Shown piece after piece: positions 56,001 through 64,000 of a stretch of 64,000 nucleotides of DNA. The stretch is from Balanoglossus misakiensis (Eukaryota > Animalia > Hemichordata). The DNA lies in the NCBI GenBank assembly GCA_040954595.2, contig CM082595.2, forward strand, positions 4,676,137 through 4,740,136, given 5' to 3'. The stretch's first letter is position 1. Every line of letters begins with the position of its first letter. The notes beneath the pieces were generated by a model. The model was not told where the DNA came from. It saw only the letters and a program-made list of their open reading frames with translations, and searched no databases. The position numbers and the translations under genes were made by a program.

Positions 56001-57417
56001 AAAACAAATATTCAATAAATCTAAAACAGTACTATACAGATACACTTTGGTATCACCCCAAATAAATATTTTCCACTATGCAAAATATTTGCCTCATAAA
56101 ATTGTGAAAATAAATCTGGACAGTAGCTGATAAACAGCACACTATTCCAATACATAAGGCAATGAATGAGAAATGTATTTCCCATGTCCCAATCTGAATG
56201 CAGGTTTAAATCCAACAAAAATCTCCAGATAAATGTAATTTTGAGAAGCCAGATAATTGTACAGTTATATTACTTCACAACTATATTGCTTGATTACAGT
56301 TCTTTAGTAAGCCTATGGCATATGAAAGTGTAATTGCATGTACCAGGCACAGGAGAATGATCTGAGCCAGTGCAATCCGAAGTCTTCTTTTTTTTTCACA
56401 CAAACAACAGCTATAGCTCTTGATAACTTTGTTCATTATCACCACTTCCAGCATCAAGGATATTTTATAGTTCTACCACCAAAACATGTAGCATTTTGGC
56501 TTGCGAACTGAGCATGTTACTATTTGGAAGATATATTTCTGTTGAGAGCTGAATTTTATGTCAGGAAATTAATTGACAGCATTGCAAGAGAAGAGCCTGG
56601 CTGATATCATCCTAAGCAGGGTTTTATCAGATTTGCACATAATTTAATATAATACAATCAAGATTTTGGGCAAAAAACTGAATAAGGACTATAATTTTGC
56701 TAGTGACTGGTTGCATCAAAACATTAGGGACACCACAAATGCATGCCTGATTGATTAACAATTGGATCCAAGCGTCCTTCTGAAAATCCAACCTCATGCT
56801 TGGATTACATTGAAACACCTATGAGAAAAGAAAGGTCGAGGTGACTTTTCCATGACGTCAGAGTACATCCATTGAAATCTCTGGCAAAATGGCAACATAA
56901 TTCAAAAGCTTAACCAATCAGATTACGTGCTGACACAATTATCACAAGGCCATGTAAACATTCTAGAATTTTGATAACAAAAAGAAAATAATTGTTGTAG
57001 TATTATAATTTAATTGGCATTTTAAAAATGTTTTATTTTTTTTGCTAAATTTAAAATGTGCTAAATTTAAGAATTAACAAAATGCAAACTGAGTTCACAT
57101 TGTATAATAATTCATTGTGTGATTTATAGTGTCATGACAGATTTGATATATAATATGAGATAAGGACCTGGTAACAATTTGCAAAGAGAATTATTATGTT
57201 ATCTATAACCCCTGTGCATCCCTGATAATAACTTTAGGTAAAACATTCTCAAATCAGTTATGAGTCACAAATGACTGGTTCACTATTTATAACTTTTCAC
57301 TATTTTTCTTCCATGTACCTGTATCTATCATGATTTCTTAAATAAATTGTGTTCATCTTCTCAACACAGCCAATGTGTACACTATCAACATTCACCATTT
57401 TCTTAGTATTTTGTTCC

Positions 57418-57560
57418 ATGATGATGATGATGATGTTCCATGAGGATAATGATGGTGGTGGTGATGGTTTCAGTGTGGTGACGGCGACGTGGGTGGTGGT
57501 GTTGGTGGTTTTGGTGGTGGCGGCGGCGTGGGTGGTGGTTTTGGTTCTTTTGGTGGATAT
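57418..57560. repeat. Degenerate GAT/GGT trinucleotide repeat
   Basis: Directly visible. Confidence 0.8.
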
Positions 57561-59559
57561 TGTACATGTACAATGTACATACAACTCAAGCAATTGCTTA
57601 CCACATCTGAATTTACCAACATATACAAACATACCCAGGCACTTTACAGTAAACCCGGATAATCTGGACGCTCCCTTCTTCCGAAAGCACAGATTAAATC
57701 TGACAAATCGGATTTATGACGTCGTATCGAACTCTGAAAATAGATTACTCAGGAATTTGTAATTGGCAAACACTGTAAGTTATGAATATAATGTTTTGGG
57801 GCTAATACTGGCACAGTTTACTCAGTAATAATAACTCAGGAACATTAGGTGTACTGATCTCATGATGCGATCACAAGATTTGTGTTCTACGAAATCCATT
57901 TACAAGTTTACCGAGTATTACTTGGTGAAATTTAAAACAACTGAATTTAGAGCGCTAGTTACTATGTTGGTTTACTTCTACACATTCATAGTATAAACTT
58001 TTCAGCGAATCAAAAATTATATTTTGCTTTTCCAATACAGTTAATACCATGACAAATTGTAAAACACGTTTAACTCATTTTAGGAAACATGTCAGGATTA
58101 GTAAACCATTACTGTAATAGTCACCAATTATACTCTTGTATCATTGCATGACCTGTATTTGCCATTGTACTACTCTCGCTATTCAGCTTTTAAAAACTTC
58201 CTGATACATCTCTTATGCAGAATTGTTGTTGTTGAATATGGTTTGGGATCATTTTGCGGTATATTAACTTAGGTGGTGCGTTGGAGGAAACCTTTCGCAA
58301 ACCATTGGGGTTAATTGATGACGTCACCCCCTAGGCTATATTCGCGTTAGTCTGGACTAGACTATATTCGCCTTTGCAAAGCGACTGTGGTGTACCAAAT
58401 GAATTTGTGCTTTCATGATTGACGAGACACAGCACAACCAGGCCATTTTTTAGCATTTGCCTAAACTAGTTAGCTTTTAAGTGCCGTTGCAACTCTGGCA
58501 ATAATAGTATCCTCTTGAGGGTGATAAAAAATTAAACTGAATTGCAGCACTGGGCGATTTTCCTCTTGTTGTGAAGTGTTAGTGTTTTTGAGAGGCAGTG
58601 GGTTGTACTATAGTGTTGGTCTATAAAATAATTATGACTTGCACAATACCCAAGTCTGTTTACGTGCATCTCCTGGAGCAGTCAAAAAACTAGTGTGACA
58701 TCTTTCCGTTATGTGTATTCGACTCGCTTGATACGGTTTACGGCTTTTGTAGGGTCAACACTACTTTCTTGCACTTCTGATAGCAGAAGTGGATTTCATA
58801 TCAGTGTATCTGTTAGCCTTTTCTTGTAAAGCTTCGATTGATTTTGAGCCCTTTAAACTTGGCCGTCTTTCCCTGGCAAAGAAGCATGGCAGATGTTCAC
58901 CAACTTACACGATTTCCTAATCTTAGTAAGTTTTACCAAAATCCCTCCATGCTTTCTTGGTGTATCTGCAATCTGTAGAAGTCAGATAAAAGTACAGTTG
59001 AGTGTACTTTGCCACTTTGATTCTTGATTACAGTTTATTCATAGGATTCTGGCATGTGAATGAATCCTACTTTTAAAAAGAGGATTGAAAAACTTCATGT
59101 GTGTGCGAATTATTCCTTGGTATCTCTGTTTCCATGGTGACCAGCATTCCTTATAGTTTCCCTTATTGATTATACTATACCGTTTTACTGACTAGACCAC
59201 TAAGGAAATTCATTAAAATATATAGCGAGGCAGATTGGTCGAAAATGTACATTCCTACAAGTAAGGGTGACATATACAGACGGAAATTCAGACTTTTAAT
59301 CAAATTTTAAAGCACATCGTATATCCCACAAGGCAATACTTCATTTATTTTCAATTATTAACTTCCCTTTTTTGCACGACACACCACCATGAAATAGTAT
59401 TTCTTATCTCCATAAACATATATGAATAGTTTCCAACTTTTACGTAGACCTGAATCGACAGTATTTAACCGTTATTTCCCCGATTCACAAACAGTATTAA
59501 AAAGATCCAATTAGTTTTTAAAATGCCGTGCACAAAGACGACCGAGAGTTTATACACGC

Positions 59560-60190
59560 AATTTCCGTCAGAGTTTTAAGGAGATTTTGGGCATCCTGTA
59601 AACATTGGTCGGATATCTCCGTGTGCTGTGTTCAAATATCTCTGCACGCAGTGATCAGACTGAAATGAAAATTTAGCAATATCGCAGTGTCGATCGATCA
59701 AATATTGCCACGTGTATCTGACTGAAAACTGTCAGACTCAGTAGTTTTGTTGATGTCCAACTCTCTGGTTTGGTTTATTCTGTGATTGATGTCTGTCTAT
59801 ACCTCTTTGTGATTTTCTGGAATGATCTCAAACAGAGTCAGATGGCGTTTTGCATCCTCTGTTTCTACCGTAGGAGAGTACGTCAATTCCATTATCCAAC
59901 ATTGAGCGCTTTCTCCATGGCGACGGATTTGCTTTCGATTTTCAAGGCCGCTGTGAAATCAGCTAGATTAGGCTTGAAGGTAAATTTCCTGGTTGATATG
60001 TCTCTCCAAATCACTACAAAAAGAATCTCTGATTAGGAGATGAAAGCATTAGATAGTTGTCAACTGAGTCTATTTATTATCGGTCACTGACAACAGTCCA
60101 GTCGAGGCCGTTCATTGTGGCGATGGGTTTGCATTTTCTTTGATGTATTTTCAAGATGCACTTTCTAGTTCATGGACAAAATTGAACAAG
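59560..60190. repeat. Diverged dispersed duplicate, copy B (pair of 45350-45975)
   Basis: Same blocks in the same order and orientation as copy A. Confidence 0.75.
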
Positions 60191-60920
60191 TCATTGTCAA
60201 TAATGTACCGGTAGTTTCCGTTTGATCAGAATGTTTAAAACAGTGGATGAAATCAACATACATGCAAAAATACATACAGTATACACACACATACATACTA
60301 GTATATTCATTTCAAAGGTATAATAAAATGGGTTTCCATGGCATGATACTTATTAGTGATAATAATTTTTTAATCTCACAAGAGATTAGATACAGGACAT
60401 TGATAACGACCTTGTGACGATCTGCAAAGATAATTATTGTCTTATCTATTACCCCAGTGAATGACTGATAATAACTCGAGGAACAAAGTAGCCGATATGG
60501 GTTATGAACATATCTCATCATTAGTTCCCGACTGTTATTCTCTCTGACAACCGAAGGCGTTAGTCACCCGTGTAACCAGCTTTTATTGGCAACAGAAACT
60601 CAGCCAACACCTTTGGCAGTTTAGGATGCGAAATGGAATGAAAAGTCAAAACAAAAGTCTTGCTTTCGAGGCAAATGGGGTGTAATTTTAGTTTTTATTG
60701 GAGCCTATTTGATGGTATGGACCTTGCATCCCCGAAGGACTGTTGTAGAGTGTACAATATTTGTTCAGTAGAGCTCACAATGGGTTATGAGTTTGTGTTG
60801 TAAAGGTGGTTTCAATTTCTGTGTGTTGGTCAAACGAATTTGTTTTGTAAAATATCCGTCATCCAACAGATGACTGAAACACACAAACACAATATTATAA
60901 TAAGATTGCTATATGTGAGA

Positions 60921-60990
60921 ACCACTGCAACCATCACCACAATCATCATTATAACCATCATTATCATCACCATCATGCTCACGATGACGA

Positions 60991-61021
<31 letters not shown>

Positions 61022-61022
61022 C
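60921..61022. repeat. Degenerate CAT/CAC trinucleotide repeat
   Basis: Directly visible. Confidence 0.85.
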
Positions 61023-62312
61023 ATGCAAATCATAGCATTTGTGAAAAAAGACCATGGGCTGAACAATTGGAATGATAACTTATGCATCAACTGATAACTC
61101 CATATGTATGGTGACTATATATATTAATGACATTTGTCCTTCGATGAGAGCACTGACATAGTCCAAGGGCAGTGGAAACTAAAGTCTCTTCGCTTCACCA
61201 GTTCTGTTCCTCCCTGGCGAATTTCACGACTGCGAGAGCTCATATTTCTCGGCGATGCGTGAGCAGAAAATGATAGATGTTACCTCGGGCTTAGTTGATT
61301 TACAAGCCAGAGAGTTTTCGACGTGTGTTTGGTTTTGACATGAAAGTGGCCGACGGTAAACGAGACGTCTGCACTTTAAGATGTCGACATATCGCATATC
61401 AAAATCTCTACATAAACCTAAGCTACTTACAGAAATGAATCGGATATAAGTAATAGGAATGGAAAAACGCCAAAGGGTTGCAAACAATTTCTGTGTGGGT
61501 GCATGTTCACACAAGAGAACATGCATATGACGGATTCAGATCCATTGGGAATGAATCAGTTGTTTTTATACAGAAAAAGGAAGCTAGGGTACATCATTTT
61601 TAGCCGAACGACACTTTCAGAGTGTGTAGTTCTTACATTGAAGTCAAGGTTACCTGGCCTATTTACGTCTATGCATAGAAATCTTTGGCTCGGTGTACAC
61701 GGGAGCATCAATACAGAATTAGTTACATTTAGTCGTGTTTCATTCTCAAACGATTCTCTTTGAGTTTTAAAAATTCAGCATTACTGGCAGGTAAGCCAAA
61801 TAGCCTGCGATCATCTTTCAGTCTGCACATGAGATACGTATCAATACGATATCAATTACTGTGATCACTGTACAGAATGAGAAAAGGCCCGATAGCTCTG
61901 TGTTAACAATTTAAAAGTTTTTCCGAAAAAAAATGTCATGAGTCGCGTATTAAAGTAATGCGGTGGTCCCTGACCGCAATACTTTATCTAATATGATGCT
62001 GACACATTGGAAAAAAGTTTAATACTTTTTGAGTCACAGACTACCCTAATGCAGATATGTGTGGAGTGAATGTGTGGTATGCATGACTACATGTCTCATG
62101 TTATTCTTATCGTTTCGCATCGTTGACACACCTCGTGTACTCCGCGGGAAGAATATGTCTGATGATAGAAACGTATGTAGGTAATGCCCTTTAAAATCTA
62201 CTTCGTCAGCCGTGCACGATGTCCGTGAACGATTTACGCCCGGTTTCAGAGCAGAAATGAACCATGAAATTGGCAGTAAACTAATTATGTCGATGATGTA
62301 TGCGCCCGCCTA

Positions 62313-62491
62313 GGTCATGTGAGCAAACTTTTTGTGTGCCGTCAATCTGAGGGATGACCAATTATTAATCTGGGTCATGTGAGCAAACTTTTTGTGTGCC
62401 GTCAATCTGAGGGATGACTAATTATTAATCTGGGTCATGTGACCAAACTTTTTGTGTGATGTCAATCTGAGGGATGACCAATTATTAATCT
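62313..62491. repeat. 60-bp minisatellite, 3 copies
   Basis: ggtcatgtgagcaaactttttgtgtgccgtcaatctgagggatgaccaattattaatctg x3 with few substitutions and no spacers. Confidence 0.95.
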
Positions 62492-64000
62492 TGCAAGTGG
62501 ATCCGAATAACTTCCCTCTGCTTTATGCCTCAGACTGTCTGTCTGTCTCTCTTTCTGTCTATCTGTTTATAGTCACGTTGATATGATGTAAAGTGTGCGT
62601 ACCGGAATGACCTGACTACTACGTGAACGGACGTCTTAGTTATGTTAATAAAAAAAGTGGCGACGGATATCTAGGGGTCTATCGGAAGCTTTGAAAAACC
62701 GAGTGCATCGCACTCTTCAAGAATGTGAAGATATCTTCCAAGCAGTGTAGGCTTTTAATATCAATTGAAGAAAATTGCACACAAAGCTGTCTTATATGTA
62801 TGGCTAAGATTATGATGTCCAGCAAATCGAAAGCAGTAAATTCTTAGTTGACCTCATGATAAAAAAGATGTAAAAATATCAGAAAGATACCATTATGCTG
62901 TCTTTCCCTGAATGAATAATTGACGATAAAAGCTGATGCTTTTGGATAACGTACCCGATAAATTATGGGATTAAATCCATTTTGCTTTGTGATATACCGC
63001 CGACATGTCCGTGTTATCTGTAATATCAATCCTGTCTTTACAAATCATGACGCTTGTCGGTGATGGAAATAGAAATGGCTGACGAAATAGTTTATGGGCA
63101 GCTACATGTAATTGTTTGTTTGCCGTTTTAAATGGTGACGTCATAGGACAACTTCCTAAACTGAAGTCAAAGAAAGATATGACTGTATTAGCTACTCTCT
63201 GTAAACTTTACCCCTTTGCAATTCCCTGTACATGTTGTGAGATTTGAGTTTAGCAAGGTCAGTATTCCCACGTTTATTCTGTGCCGCCTGATGTCATAGA
63301 TTGTAGTCTTTCCGTAATAGTGTGATTTTCTCTGCATGTCTGTTGACAGCAAAATGGGGAAACATCAGGTGTATGTTTAACTAACTAATCCATTTACTAT
63401 TACGTCTAGATTTGGTTTAAGCCATTCTTTGATAACCCAAGGGGTTAATCTTTTTTTCCAAAACTGTCTAGCGCGTGTCATTGTTCACAGTTGCTAAAAG
63501 TTCACTTCATATGTTGTTGCCATGGGACAACATAAATACAGACAGTTTCTACACATATCTGTTGTGCCAGTCGGGTTCATCAATCCCCCATAATTGATTG
63601 AAAATCCGTTCATATTTTGTTGTCTTTGTATTGCTGTCCCATGCAGATCAAGGATAGTGAAAAACATTTGTCGCATATCTGTGTCAGAGCCATATTTTAT
63701 ATTTAGATGTGGTTCAACAAACCTTGTACCATAATCCGTGTTATACAATGTCCCTATCTTGACCATTTTTCATGTTATAGATTCTTTTTCGTGACAGATA
63801 ACACGATCGATGCTGCTTCGATACTATACACCCTGATACAATAAGAAAAAATGACCTCGCTGTCAGGTCGAGTACAAAGATATAAATTACTACAATCTGT
63901 GGATGAAATCTATTGTTGCAGATTTATCTCAGTCCTAAATGCACATTAAGTTTCCCTGTCGTCCTTGTCTGAAGGTTGATGAGGACAGGCATCCGTTAGG

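Noticed and set aside
55451-57210. Possible hAT-like element starting CAGGGTT
   Set aside because: No matching 8-bp TSD or clear TIR pair and no recognisable transposase frame.
62313-62491. CRISPR-like regular repeat
   Set aside because: Contiguous units without unique spacers, eukaryotic context, no cas genes.
63494-63766. 90-aa minus-strand ORF
   Set aside because: No recognisable domain or convincing splice context.

Overview
Eukaryotic, intron-rich animal DNA (~40% GC). Exon structure and repeat content suggest a non-vertebrate deuterostome such as a hemichordate or echinoderm (inference). Three protein-coding genes are supported. (1) OPA1 mitochondrial dynamin-like GTPase on the minus strand: 26 frame-consistent coding exons plus one candidate cassette exon between 33780 and 22245. 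The terminal coding exon was not found, so the last intron apparently spans >22 kb and runs off the left edge. (2) GTF2H2 (TFIIH p44) on the plus strand: 15 coding exons, 34777-39677, ~403 aa, head-to-head with OPA1 across ~1 kb. (3) An intronless ACSF2-like acyl-CoA synthetase, 42558-44228. The rest is non-coding, with at least four MITE families, microsatellites, two long hairpins and several diverged dispersed duplicates. No CRISPR, rRNA or tRNA was seen. The best leads are the giant OPA1 intron with a clustered, strand-biased TGCCTAAC motif, the retrogene-like ACS with altered catalytic-loop motifs, a ~600-bp diverged duplicate at 45.4/59.6 kb, and an OPA1 cassette exon. No clearly novel system is demonstrable from the sequence alone. 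Exons were traced by hand.
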